From: an uncultured Bdellovibrionales bacterium
GTDB taxonomy: Bacteria; Bdellovibrionota; JAFGOL01
NCBI GenBank assembly: GCA_964452945.1
Contig: CAYVOB010000002.1
Coordinates: 1-37,810 of the forward strand
Direction of reading: 5' to 3'
DNA length: 37,810 bases
Part shown: piece after piece, positions 18,156 through 27,409 of the stretch
How positions within the stretch are numbered: the first letter of the stretch is position 1
Layout: every line of letters begins with the position of its first letter
Notes under the pieces: generated by a model
Seen by the model: the letters and a program-made list of their open reading frames with translations, nothing else
Databases searched by the model: none
Told to the model about the DNA's origin: nothing
Program-made: the position numbers and the translations under genes

Positions 18156-19518
18156 GCCTTTTAAGAGATCGCTCCTTCCCCATTATAGAAAGGATCTCAA
18201 ACACGCCGGGGCTAACATCCGTACCTGTAAGGAGCACCCTTACTGCCTGCGCGATGTTCTTCATTTTGATATTGTGCTTTTCTATGAGAGCACCAAAGAT
18301 ACCTTCTATAGCCTTAATATCATTGAAAGATGAAAGTTTTTGAAGTTCGGCTATAAGCTCCGTTAAAACCGGTTTTATTTCTACAGTAAGGTATTTAGTT
18401 TTTGCTTTATCGTCGAATACAATATTTTCAACAAGAAAGAACTCAAGACCCTTATAAACATCCCCAAGCATCCTGGAACGTTCCTGGACCATTGGCATCA
18501 AGGCCTGCACATCCTTGTCAAAGATCCTTGTCTTGAACTCTTCCGGTAAAAATCCTTCTTTAATAAGACGCTGTGCCATTTCCTTTGCAGGCATCTGCTT
18601 TATATACTGCGCATTTAACCAGTCTAATTTCTCTGTATTCAATACTGCCGCTGAGCTCCCTATTGCTCCTGTATCAAATACTTCTATAAGTTCTTGTTTG
18701 GTGAAGATCTCTTTGTCGCCATGTGACCAACCAAGACGGACCAAGTAATTGAACAATGCTTCAGGTAGATATCCCGCCTTCCTATATTGTGTAACAGCCG
18801 TAGCACCGTGGCGCTTGCTTAGTTTCTTCTTATCAGAGCCCAGGATCATTGGTACATGAGCGAATATAGGGGGTGTAAGTCCAAGAGCCTGGTATATGAG
18901 TATTTGTTTTGGAGTATTGTTAACGTGGTCATCACCTCTTATTATGTGTGTCATGCCCATTTCTGCATCATCAACTACTACGGTAAAGTTATAAGTTGGT
19001 GAGCCATCGCTTCTTGCTATAACAAAATCCTCTATCTCTTCGTGATTTATCGTTATCGACCCAAGTATCGCATCATTAAAGGTCGTTGCTCCTGTCTCAG
19101 GGACCTTGAACCTGACAACACCCTCTGAAACAGGGTTATTCCTACACTTCCTGCTATAAACAGGTTTCCTCTTTTCGGCGGTTGCCTTCTCTCTTTCAGC
19201 ATCTAATTCTTCTTTTGAGCAATTACAATAATATGCATGACCAGAGCTCAACAACTTCTTAACATATTCTGCATAAAGCTCTGTTCTTTTAGACTGATAA
19301 ACCGGTTCACCATCATAGTCCATTCCAAGCCAGTGCTTGCTTTCCAATATTTCTTCTTCATACATCTTCTCTGATCGCTCTATGTCGGTATCCTCTATCC
19401 TATTATAGAACCTCCCTTTGTGATGCCTGGCAAAAAGGTAATTGAAGATGGCGGTTCTCGCTCCACCTATGTGAAGATACCCTGTAGGGGATGGTGCAAA
19501 TCTTACAATAACATTCAT
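18139..19518 (-). CDS. gltX: Glutamyl-tRNA synthetase
   Basis: 459 aa with RFAPSPTGYLHIGGARTA (HIGH) and KLSKR (KMSKS). Confidence 0.95.
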   Translation of the reverse strand: MNVIVRFAPSPTGYLHIGGARTAIFNYLFARHHKGRFYNRIEDTDIERSEKMYEEEILESKHWLGMDYDGEPVYQSKRTELYAEYVKKLLSSGHAYYCNCSKEELDAEREKATAEKRKPVYSRKCRNNPVSEGVVRFKVPETGATTFNDAILGSITINHEEIEDFVIARSDGSPTYNFTVVVDDAEMGMTHIIRGDDHVNNTPKQILIYQALGLTPPIFAHVPMILGSDKKKLSKRHGATAVTQYRKAGYLPEALFNYLVRLGWSHGDKEIFTKQELIEVFDTGAIGSSAAVLNTEKLDWLNAQYIKQMPAKEMAQRLIKEGFLPEEFKTRIFDKDVQALMPMVQERSRMLGDVYKGLEFFLVENIVFDDKAKTKYLTVEIKPVLTELIAELQKLSSFNDIKAIEGIFGALIEKHNIKMKNIAQAVRVLLTGTDVSPGVFEILSIMGKERSLKRLREEF

Positions 19519-19580
19519 AATAGACGATTTTATACCATGAATATTGAAAAAAACCAGATGGCATTATACGATTAAGGCAT

Positions 19581-20225
19581 ATGGACACAGAAAGGAAATA
19601 TTTTATAAATATAAATGGCAATAATGTTGGGCCATTAAAAATGGATGATATATCAGAACGGCTGGTAAACGGATTGCTTACACCAGATGATTACATATTC
19701 ACCATAGGGCATAACGACTGGCAGTTCATAAAAGAGCTCGAAGAATTCAAGAGCTTTGTAAAACCAATAGTAGAAAAAGAGTCTGACAAGGTATGGTTCG
19801 TCAGAAAGAACAAGAACAATATCGGTCCTTTTTCCACCACGGATATAACAAAACTGCTTGAATCTGGGCAAATCGATATTAACGACTATGCATGGAAAAA
19901 GGGTACTAAGAACTGGGTCACACTAAAAGACTCCAATGAATTTGAGCTTGGTATCGTAGCCGAACTTAAAAAAGAGGATATAGAAGTAGCAAAAGAACAA
20001 CCTCATAAACCACAAGGGACACCATCACTTGAAATGATAAGACCCCCAGATGCAGAAACATACATCAAACCAATCAAAAAGAGGCTGCTACCAGAACTTA
20101 TCCTTGGACTTATAATGTTCTGCGTGGGAATACTTGTTTTTGGTGCCAACCAGCTTGTTGGTGGACTCATAGCAATAGGTGGTGTTGCAGTAATGATAAT
20201 CTTCCTGAGGATAAGAAAAAAATGA
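19581..20225 (+). CDS. Membrane-anchored protein with two GYF_2 (DUF4339) domains
   Basis: It contains two copies of the pattern N..VGP.....I..L...G.I..D..VW..G...W (NGNNVGPLKMDDISERLVNGLL.., KNKNNIGPFSTTDITKLLESGQI..). There is a C-terminal TM segment. Confidence 0.65.
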   Translation: MDTERKYFININGNNVGPLKMDDISERLVNGLLTPDDYIFTIGHNDWQFIKELEEFKSFVKPIVEKESDKVWFVRKNKNNIGPFSTTDITKLLESGQIDINDYAWKKGTKNWVTLKDSNEFELGIVAELKKEDIEVAKEQPHKPQGTPSLEMIRPPDAETYIKPIKKRLLPELILGLIMFCVGILVFGANQLVGGLIAIGGVAVMIIFLRIRKK

Positions 20226-20968
20226 ATGAGCTAAATTATGATTTTTACATTTCGATAATACCTTTGTTAATAATAAATGGAGGCTTTATCGCCGGCTATT
20301 TGATATTCCTTGCGATGGGTAAGAACAAAAAAATAAGACAGGGTCAAAAAAAGGCCAGCTCCGGCTTGATAATATCTTCTCTGCAGAACTATTGGCTCTC
20401 TATAACAGAACCTTTTGTAAGATTATTTATAAAGATGGGGATAACACCAAACTTTATAACCCTATTTGCTATCTTTATAAGCCTGTGCTCCGGTATATTA
20501 TTCTCTCAGGGACTTTGGGGTGCTGCAGGCTGGATAATGATAGCCGGTGGAGTATTTGACCTCTTTGATGGCAGGGTAGCAAGAGCTACCAACAAAGTAA
20601 CAAAAGCAGGAGCCTATCTTGATTCGTCCCTGGACAGATACAGTGATGGATTTATACTAGGCGGTCTTGCCTGGGCGTTTAGGGATCACTGGCTGTTGTT
20701 CTTTGTAATACTCTGCTTCATAGGTTTTTACACAGTTAGCTATGCAAAAGCCAGAGCAGAGGCTTCCGGTATTAAATGTGATGTTGGGACCTTTCAGCGT
20801 CCTGAAAGAATATTCTCTCTTGGGTTGAGCTCTATCTTTTCCCCAATAGTTTCATACTATACGGATATACCTTCGCCAGTATTAATTTATATGGTTATAG
20901 TAGTTCTTGGCATAGGGACCGTTTCCACTTCAGTATACAGGATAGTCTATACGTTCAAGAAATTATAA
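20222..20968 (+). CDS. CDP-alcohol phosphatidyltransferase family protein
   Basis: It has the signature DLFDGRVARATNKVTKAGAYLDSSLDRYSD (D-x2-DG-x2-AR-x8-G-x3-D-x3-D), is multi-TM, and has an ATGA overlap with the upstream gene. Confidence 0.85.
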   Translation: MNELNYDFYISIIPLLIINGGFIAGYLIFLAMGKNKKIRQGQKKASSGLIISSLQNYWLSITEPFVRLFIKMGITPNFITLFAIFISLCSGILFSQGLWGAAGWIMIAGGVFDLFDGRVARATNKVTKAGAYLDSSLDRYSDGFILGGLAWAFRDHWLLFFVILCFIGFYTVSYAKARAEASGIKCDVGTFQRPERIFSLGLSSIFSPIVSYYTDIPSPVLIYMVIVVLGIGTVSTSVYRIVYTFKKL

Positions 20969-20970
20969 TA

Positions 20971-21597
20971 ATGAAGTTTATAAAAATACATATCCTACCT
21001 TATGCAATATATGCACTTTATAGGATATACATGAGCCTAGTAAGATTTATAGAGCCTGAATATCCTAAAAAAATAAATGATAGTAGTAAAAATATCATCA
21101 TAGCACACTTTCATCAGGATGAACTGGCCCTAGTGCACCAAAGGACCAACTCAAATTTTTGTACCATGACAAGTACTAGTAACGATGGTGAAATGATGAC
21201 ACGATTCCTGGGCCTAATGGGTTATCACTGTGTAAGGGGCTCAAGTACACGAGGTGGAGCAACAGCCCTTTTACAAATGATAAAGCTTTGCCTATCCAAA
21301 AAACTTAATCCCGTAATAGCTGTAGACGGTCCAAGAGGGCCCATATACAAAGTAAAGGACGGGGTATTGGAGCTGGCCAAACAAACAGGATTTCCTATTT
21401 TACCGGTAGCTTTGAAATATTCATCAGCCTTTTGTATACAAAAAAGTTGGAACAAAGCCCTTCTTCCAAAACCGTTCTCAAAGGTTTTCATAAAATTTGG
21501 TAACCCTATCTTTGTGCCAAGCGATATAGATAGAAAAGGGATGACAGTGATAAAAGAACTTCTTGAAAAAGAATTACGCTCACTTAAAGGCCTATAG
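20971..21597 (+). CDS. DUF374 / lysophospholipid-acyltransferase-like protein
   Basis: The DUF374 pattern is present: HQDELAL..TSTSNDGEMMTRFLGLMGYHCVRGSSTRGGATALLQM...AVDGPRGP. Confidence 0.7.
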   Translation: MKFIKIHILPYAIYALYRIYMSLVRFIEPEYPKKINDSSKNIIIAHFHQDELALVHQRTNSNFCTMTSTSNDGEMMTRFLGLMGYHCVRGSSTRGGATALLQMIKLCLSKKLNPVIAVDGPRGPIYKVKDGVLELAKQTGFPILPVALKYSSAFCIQKSWNKALLPKPFSKVFIKFGNPIFVPSDIDRKGMTVIKELLEKELRSLKGL

Positions 21598-22297
21598 TCC
21601 TCTTCACAAAATCAAGATTAGCCTTTTTGTTGTAATCCATGGCTTTATCGCGTTCGCTGGTATTAAAAGATCCAAGGTCTATTACTTTTTCTGACGGACT
21701 AAAGGCTATTCTAAAAGTCTCATATATAAAAGGCACCTTATCAGGATTTATAGAGCCACCCATCTTCTTCTGAAAACTAAAAGAGACTATTTTAACGAAC
21801 CGGTTATTACTAAGAATGTACGGGATTTCTTCGTCACCTTGTTTTATCTCTAACTCTTTTCCAAAATTAAGGATAGTCGACTCAGAAGAATTGGTCCTAT
21901 ACGTTATTAAGAAATCACCACCTTTGGTAGTGGCAAAAAGGTCACTTGCCTTGATAGCAGCAGGCTTTATTCCTCTATATAAAAGAGAGCCGTATTTGAT
22001 CCAGACATAATTCATATCATTTTTATATGAATCTACTGAGAATAAGCTTTCTGAACCTGCATACATTGTATCGTTATTTGCAAAGACAAGTTCACAGTCA
22101 GAATCCATACCAACCTGGACCTCATCTCCTGCATATAATGTTAAAGGCATGGATGTTCCACTCACCGTGGTCTTTTTACCGGCAGTGTACACATATATAT
22201 CCCTACCCCTGGTCATAACTATATTGGCAATGCTTTTTTGCTGTGCATACGAATGATCGATATTGATTAAAATAGTTAATAGTATGAAATAAAACAT
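21584..22297 (-). CDS. Secreted FecR-domain protein (237 aa)
   Basis: It has a signal peptide MFYFILLTILINIDHSYA|QQ and the FecR pattern LYAGDEVQVGMDSDCELVFANNDTMYAGSESLFSV. Confidence 0.65.
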   Translation of the reverse strand: MFYFILLTILINIDHSYAQQKSIANIVMTRGRDIYVYTAGKKTTVSGTSMPLTLYAGDEVQVGMDSDCELVFANNDTMYAGSESLFSVDSYKNDMNYVWIKYGSLLYRGIKPAAIKASDLFATTKGGDFLITYRTNSSESTILNFGKELEIKQGDEEIPYILSNNRFVKIVSFSFQKKMGGSINPDKVPFIYETFRIAFSPSEKVIDLGSFNTSERDKAMDYNKKANLDFVKRTIGL

Positions 22298-22336
22298 TTC
22301 TATTCTCTCTGTATTTAGTATAACATAAAAATAGCC

Positions 22337-23389
22337 ATGGATACTATTTCAAATATCGGTCAAAACATAATTGTTGGAATTCCTGATGCTTCACCAACTC
22401 AGGAGTTCTATAGCTTTATAAAAGACTACAATATTGGCGGAGTGCTGTTTCTCGGAAAAAACTACGACTCCCTTGAACACCTTGTTTCTAATGTTAATAA
22501 ACTACAGGATAGTTCTCAGATATTCCCTCTATTTACGGCGGTTGATCATGAGGGCGGAAGGGTCCAAAGGTTTAAAGCACCATTCACTGTGTTACCTCCA
22601 TACAGAACAATGGCAGAAACAAAAACGCCCAAAGAGCTTTTTGATATATTCAGCATGGTAGCAAGAGAACTACTTGCCTGTGGCATAAATTTTAATTTTG
22701 CACCTGTTGCAGATATGACAGATGAAACAGGCGGGGTTATAGGTAACAGATCAGCGGGCTCTAGTATAGAAAAGGTAGAGGAAGTAATAAGTGCAACTAT
22801 TAGGGGTTATGTAAAAGCAAAGATCCTGTGCTGTGCAAAGCATTTTCCTGGACACGGCTGTACAAACACAGATTCACACTTAGATCTTCCATCATCTGAT
22901 AAGACCATGAAGGAACTTTTAGAGTATGAGATCCCTCCATTCAAAAAAGCTACCAGGGCTGGGGTCCCGGCCCTAATGATGGCACATATAATGTTCAAAA
23001 ATATAGATGCAGTTCCTTCATCATTATCTTCAAAATTTATACAAGAGATAATTAGAAAAGAGTTCAGGTTCATTAAATTAATTATAAGTGACGATATCTC
23101 TATGGGAGCAATATCAAAGTATTACTCCGCCGAAGAAGCATTTGAACTGGCAATAAGAGCAGGTAACGATCTTGTCATACATTCGTCTTGCGACATAGAT
23201 CACCTTGCGAATCTTATAGATTACGTATCAAAGAGGGCTGCAGAGTACTCTGAACTAAGGAATTGTTTTGCTGCATCACAAGCGAGGATAAAAGAGATCA
23301 AAAAAGGATTGCCAAGGAACAGGATCAATCCTGCAACTGCCCTAAAGGTACTTGAGTCAAGCGAACTCAAAAACATATTTACACAGTGA
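22337..23389 (+). CDS. nagZ: Beta-N-acetylhexosaminidase (GH3), peptidoglycan recycling
   Basis: 350 aa with VDHEGGRVQRF, KHFPGHGCTNTDSHLDLP and ISDDISM. Confidence 0.9.
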   Translation: MDTISNIGQNIIVGIPDASPTQEFYSFIKDYNIGGVLFLGKNYDSLEHLVSNVNKLQDSSQIFPLFTAVDHEGGRVQRFKAPFTVLPPYRTMAETKTPKELFDIFSMVARELLACGINFNFAPVADMTDETGGVIGNRSAGSSIEKVEEVISATIRGYVKAKILCCAKHFPGHGCTNTDSHLDLPSSDKTMKELLEYEIPPFKKATRAGVPALMMAHIMFKNIDAVPSSLSSKFIQEIIRKEFRFIKLIISDDISMGAISKYYSAEEAFELAIRAGNDLVIHSSCDIDHLANLIDYVSKRAAEYSELRNCFAASQARIKEIKKGLPRNRINPATALKVLESSELKNIFTQ

Positions 23390-23392
23390 CAT

Positions 23393-24895
23393 TTACTGGA
23401 ATAAATATTCTAGGGATAGGCCAGTACTAACATCCCATATATTAGAAACAAAACCTTTCTTAAAATTGCAAAAAGCGGTGATTTTCATGCCTAATCCTAT
23501 GGGACTATATAACGCTCCGGTAAAATCATAAGTAGTAGTATGTCTTCCATTAGCCGCAAGTCTCCCAGGAGAAAGCTTTATGGTTGGCCATAAGAATATT
23601 ACTCTCCATGGAAGATTGAACTTAGCTGATATAACGTAATGTTGGTAGTTACCCATGAAGCTATTAGCATCAGCCATATAAAATAGAACAGAAGGTTCTA
23701 TTTTAAAGGACGTTGTGCCATAAATGTGTTGGGACACCAAAGTGAGTTGCAAGCTCTTACCAGAAAAATCACCAAGGGCACCATTACCAGCGCTATAAAA
23801 ACGGAACGGCATATTCATGCCAAGGGACCAGCTAGATGTAATACTTTGATCAAAACCTATAGTAAAGGCATTAGCAGCACTTATTTTCCTAAATTTATCC
23901 TGTTCAAGAAGGTCCAATTCGTATCTGTACCCAGCATAAGCCTCAAACGTCCTGGACTGATTATAGAACTGGAATGTAACACCCGGGCTATGGCCCTGTG
24001 CATTTGTAGCATTTAGTTGTGAAGAAAAAGCAAGGTCTGTGTCAAAACCATAATTAAAGAACATAGCAAAAGTATCGTACACCAACGGGGATATACCAAG
24101 TTCTAAAAAGAATCTACCCCAGGTACCCGATCTTCCAGAGTCAACACCAATTATAGGCATCCCTGCAACCGGGGTTATCGTCCTGTGCGAAGAGATAGCT
24201 ATACTAACGTCGGATTCTATATTGTATCTCTTTTTATATCTTATTGTGCCTTCTGTAAGATATTCGTTTATCGAGTTTATATATGTTTTTGCTTCTTCCT
24301 GTTTTGGTCCTTTTTCATCAGCTACTTTTTCAAAATGATAAATAGAGGCTTCAAAGGAAGATTTGTCCTCAAATCCCTTGTTGTATAAGCATACACCTGA
24401 ATAATGATGCGCCAGGGTATTGTACTCACTGTTCTCTTTAAGGGCGTTTATAAAGAATGGCACGGCCTTATCACAATCATTCTTCAAGTAATATATGTAT
24501 CCTGAGTGATAATATGATTGTCCCGTTTTAACACCTATCAAAGCAGATTTATTGAACTCAACAAGAGCAGCTTCGTATTGAGAAGCTTCATACAAACTGA
24601 GACCATAATAATAATGAAACTCTTCGTTATCTGGCTTTCTAGATTCATAATCTTTGAAAGATCGTACTGCATCGTTGAACATACCTGTTTTAAGATAGAC
24701 AAACCCAAGAAGGAATAAAAGGTCCTTGCTGTTGTCCGTAGTCTTTATTCTCTCAAGAAGGGCCCTTGCTTCATTAAAATCACCCTTTTCTATTAAGTTA
24801 ACAGCATTTGCTTTTAAGGAGGCTGTACTCTGTTGGGCATTAGCAATAGGTGCTATAGAAAAAACAATAATTAATAGATAGAAAAAAATTCTCAC
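23393..24895 (-). CDS. Outer-membrane protein with an N-terminal TPR domain fused to a C-terminal beta-barrel of about 280 aa
   Basis: Signal peptide MRIFFYLLIIVFSIAPIANA|QQ with a GTG start. TPR-like repeats span residues about 25-210. Residues about 215-500 show alternating amphipathic strands rich in aromatic girdle residues and end ..LSLEYLFQ. Confidence 0.65.
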   Translation of the reverse strand: MRIFFYLLIIVFSIAPIANAQQSTASLKANAVNLIEKGDFNEARALLERIKTTDNSKDLLFLLGFVYLKTGMFNDAVRSFKDYESRKPDNEEFHYYYGLSLYEASQYEAALVEFNKSALIGVKTGQSYYHSGYIYYLKNDCDKAVPFFINALKENSEYNTLAHHYSGVCLYNKGFEDKSSFEASIYHFEKVADEKGPKQEEAKTYINSINEYLTEGTIRYKKRYNIESDVSIAISSHRTITPVAGMPIIGVDSGRSGTWGRFFLELGISPLVYDTFAMFFNYGFDTDLAFSSQLNATNAQGHSPGVTFQFYNQSRTFEAYAGYRYELDLLEQDKFRKISAANAFTIGFDQSITSSWSLGMNMPFRFYSAGNGALGDFSGKSLQLTLVSQHIYGTTSFKIEPSVLFYMADANSFMGNYQHYVISAKFNLPWRVIFLWPTIKLSPGRLAANGRHTTTYDFTGALYSPIGLGMKITAFCNFKKGFVSNIWDVSTGLSLEYLFQ

Positions 24896-24899
24896 GTTA

Positions 24900-25949
24900 T
24901 TAGACCTTAACCTCTATGGCGCCTTTTCTTCTAAGGTTTATTAGAGCATCCAGGACATCTGCATCTACATTTGGATTATAGTTAATGATCTCATATATCT
25001 GGCTGTGATCCACTACTGTGGTCAGTACATCAAACTCTAAAGAACTTAGGTCTAATTTCTTGTCCACTATTCTTGTGTCGATCTTAAGCTCAAGTTGTTT
25101 AGGAGGTATATTGTTCTTCATTCTAACAAACCATTCATGCGTCCTTTTTGCCAGGTGATACAGTCTTGTTATTTCCACACCCGAGAGATCGTTTTCCGGT
25201 CCATAACTTACATTGATCTTATTCTTAAAAGTAAAGTTGCCCTTGGACCATCCAGCCACCCTAAGAAAAGCCTTCAACCCTCTTACACCTGGCGTAACAT
25301 ACGCGGACACAACAGAGTTGTTCTTTATTACGAACAATGCTCTTTCTTGATCATTAACAAACTCCAAGACCCCTTCTTTATAAAGTGAGCTAACAAGACG
25401 AACAACCTCAAAATACGGAATATCTTTTATATCACCTTTAAGCTTATTCTGCTCGATCGTGTTCTCTACGAACATATCAAGAGCTAGCTTGATCTTCTTG
25501 GACATTTTTTTGTCAGAGGCGGCGAGTTGTTTCGCATGTTCAAGGATAGACACCATAAAAGAGGCTTTTTCCTCCTCACTCATGATCTCTGATTCTATGC
25601 CTTGTATCGCATTTAATATCTCGCTGGTAGAACTAATAGGAGTCTCTATATAACGGGTTATCCCAAGCTCTGCAAGTGTGAATTGATAATCAGTATATTG
25701 TCCTCCAAGAATGCCAACTATCTTTGATCCAGCAGCGTAGTTACGCACCTTAACAAGATAACCGATTATATCCTCAACAAAATCAAGTGCTACAAATACA
25801 ACATCATAATTATCTTCAAGAAGCGCTTTTAGCGATGCTACTTCAGTAGAAAATAACTTTACGGAATAATCTTCATTAGACAGAACTTCCTTGATGGCTT
25901 CCGCTCTTATTGTATCAGTATCAAATATACATATTTTGATATCTTTCAT
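24900..25949 (-). CDS. Atypical receiver domain plus DUF4388 (PATAN) domain protein
   Basis: The N-terminal receiver-like fold keeps FDTD and the acceptor Asp (VVFVALDF). Gly replaces the conserved Thr/Ser (ILGG) and Thr replaces the conserved Lys (YIETP). The middle region GDIKDIPYFEVVRLVSSLYKEGVLEF...GLKAFLRVAGWSKGNFTFK matches the DUF4388 pattern. Confidence 0.65.
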   Translation of the reverse strand: MKDIKICIFDTDTIRAEAIKEVLSNEDYSVKLFSTEVASLKALLEDNYDVVFVALDFVEDIIGYLVKVRNYAAGSKIVGILGGQYTDYQFTLAELGITRYIETPISSTSEILNAIQGIESEIMSEEEKASFMVSILEHAKQLAASDKKMSKKIKLALDMFVENTIEQNKLKGDIKDIPYFEVVRLVSSLYKEGVLEFVNDQERALFVIKNNSVVSAYVTPGVRGLKAFLRVAGWSKGNFTFKNKINVSYGPENDLSGVEITRLYHLAKRTHEWFVRMKNNIPPKQLELKIDTRIVDKKLDLSSLEFDVLTTVVDHSQIYEIINYNPNVDADVLDALINLRRKGAIEVKV

Positions 25950-25957
25950 CTTTAAAC

Positions 25958-25963
25958 ATTATA
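25958..25963 (-). promoter_or_regulatory. TATAAT box 8 nt upstream of the receiver-DUF4388 start codon (candidate leaderless promoter)
   Basis: The minus strand reads ..gtagTATAATgtttaaagATG. There is no SD and no convincing -35. Confidence 0.3.
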
Positions 25964-25986
25964 CTACATTGAACGAGTCTCTGTAG

Positions 25987-27312
25987 TTAAAAAGTCACAC
26001 CCACTGTTGCCATTAGCCCCATACCGGTATGTCTGGTGCTAAAATAGTTAGATGGGAACAACCAGCCCATCTTTATGCCTGTTTCCAGGTTATCCTTCCA
26101 TTTATAGGTTGCATTAAGGTCCAATTCTATTCCGAGGCTCTTATGCCCACCGTTAGAAGGTCTTTTTTGTGTCATTGCATAAGTTATTGCAGTTCCCACC
26201 TCTAAAGAATCCATAAACGTGTGTGAAAAGGTAGGGGCAAAGAATATTGCGCCAAGACCGTTAAAATCAGCTCCTATACCTTGGCTGCCGTGAGCGCTGT
26301 CACCTGCAATACCTATATCCTCATTGAACAACAGGAAAGCGATCTTATAAGCCCTGTTATATGCGAAGGTATTGTACTTGCTATCACCAGGGCTATTATC
26401 ACCGGTTGCAAGACCTGTTTTAAGTCCAAAGTTGGAGGCTCCGTGGCTCCATAAAAAGTCCAACAATAAACCGAAGGCCTGTATATCTTCCATAGAGGTT
26501 GCCGCTGCATTAGGCATACGACCCTTTTGATATGAGGCCTCCCAGCCTATAGATATACCGGTCGATGGAAATAGCTTTTTTTGGAATATATCGTAAGTAT
26601 GAAGTCTTCTTTGGCCCGAAGCAAAAAACATGTGCCATAAAAATCCCATATTAACGTTAGATTCAGGATCATTATATTCAAACTCTGTCATAAAACCGTT
26701 TTGATCGTCGTTGTAATAATTAAGAGCACCTTCTGCATATATCTCGTAACCAACTTGAAAAGAAACAGTTCCCATCATTAACTTGTAGGCTATCCTGTCT
26801 ATAGAATCACCGTAGTAGTCCCACAAACCATCACCAGAATTAAAGGTCATCCCGAGACCAAAATTGAATGGTTGACGACCCATTGTAAAAATACCCCAGT
26901 CACTCGCCCACTCAAGCCAAAGTCTTCTTATGTTTATTTGTGCGTGTATATTATCTGCACCAAGAACACCTCCAGCAACCATGCCACCAGTAACACCACC
27001 AAGGTTAGTGGAGTTAAGTGCCGAACCTGCAAGAAGCATCCATTCTGATTTTATCTTAACATTGTCATATATAATTAGGTCTGGTTTTAGTTTAAAACGC
27101 TGCAGCCAATATGTTTTTGTATGACTAACGGCATTAGGGTTATAGATGCTGCTTGTTGGGTCAAGATAATCTGCCGATACCTGTCCAGGGTTGGATTGAT
27201 CAAGACTTAGATCGTGATACATGGCAACTTCTGCACGCCAATCTCCTGAATATGAAAATGCAGCTGCAAAAATATTGATTGGAATAAACATCAACAGTAG
27301 GAAATACCTCAT
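25987..27312 (-). CDS. Outer-membrane beta-barrel (porin / alginate-export-like)
   Basis: Signal peptide MRYFLLLMFIPINIFAAA, a C-terminal Phe (VGVTF) and an amphipathic strand pattern. The block NIRRLWLEWASDWGIFTMGRQPFNFGLG resembles the conserved motif of Alginate_exp-type barrels. Confidence 0.65.
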   Translation of the reverse strand: MRYFLLLMFIPINIFAAAFSYSGDWRAEVAMYHDLSLDQSNPGQVSADYLDPTSSIYNPNAVSHTKTYWLQRFKLKPDLIIYDNVKIKSEWMLLAGSALNSTNLGGVTGGMVAGGVLGADNIHAQINIRRLWLEWASDWGIFTMGRQPFNFGLGMTFNSGDGLWDYYGDSIDRIAYKLMMGTVSFQVGYEIYAEGALNYYNDDQNGFMTEFEYNDPESNVNMGFLWHMFFASGQRRLHTYDIFQKKLFPSTGISIGWEASYQKGRMPNAAATSMEDIQAFGLLLDFLWSHGASNFGLKTGLATGDNSPGDSKYNTFAYNRAYKIAFLLFNEDIGIAGDSAHGSQGIGADFNGLGAIFFAPTFSHTFMDSLEVGTAITYAMTQKRPSNGGHKSLGIELDLNATYKWKDNLETGIKMGWLFPSNYFSTRHTGMGLMATVGVTF

Positions 27313-27352
27313 TAACTTTACCTCCGTTAAATTTAAATAACAGTTATCATTT

Positions 27353-27381
27353 ATTATAGTAGCTGTAAAGCTCTTGATTAA
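27353..27381 (-). promoter_or_regulatory. Putative promoter of the porin-like gene
   Basis: On the minus strand: TTAATC (27381-27376), a 17-nt spacer, then TATAAT (27358-27353). A roughly 34-nt leader with SD GGAGG follows. Confidence 0.4.
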
Positions 27382-27402
27382 AGGGATTTTTTAATCTAAT
27401 AT
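27374..27402 (+). promoter_or_regulatory. Putative promoter of the ROK kinase gene, predicting a leaderless mRNA
   Basis: TTGATT (27374-27379), a 17-nt spacer, then TAATAT (27397-27402). Only 7 nt (ccgtcac, no SD) separate the -10 from ATG 27410. Confidence 0.5.
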
Positions 27403-27409
27403 CCGTCAC

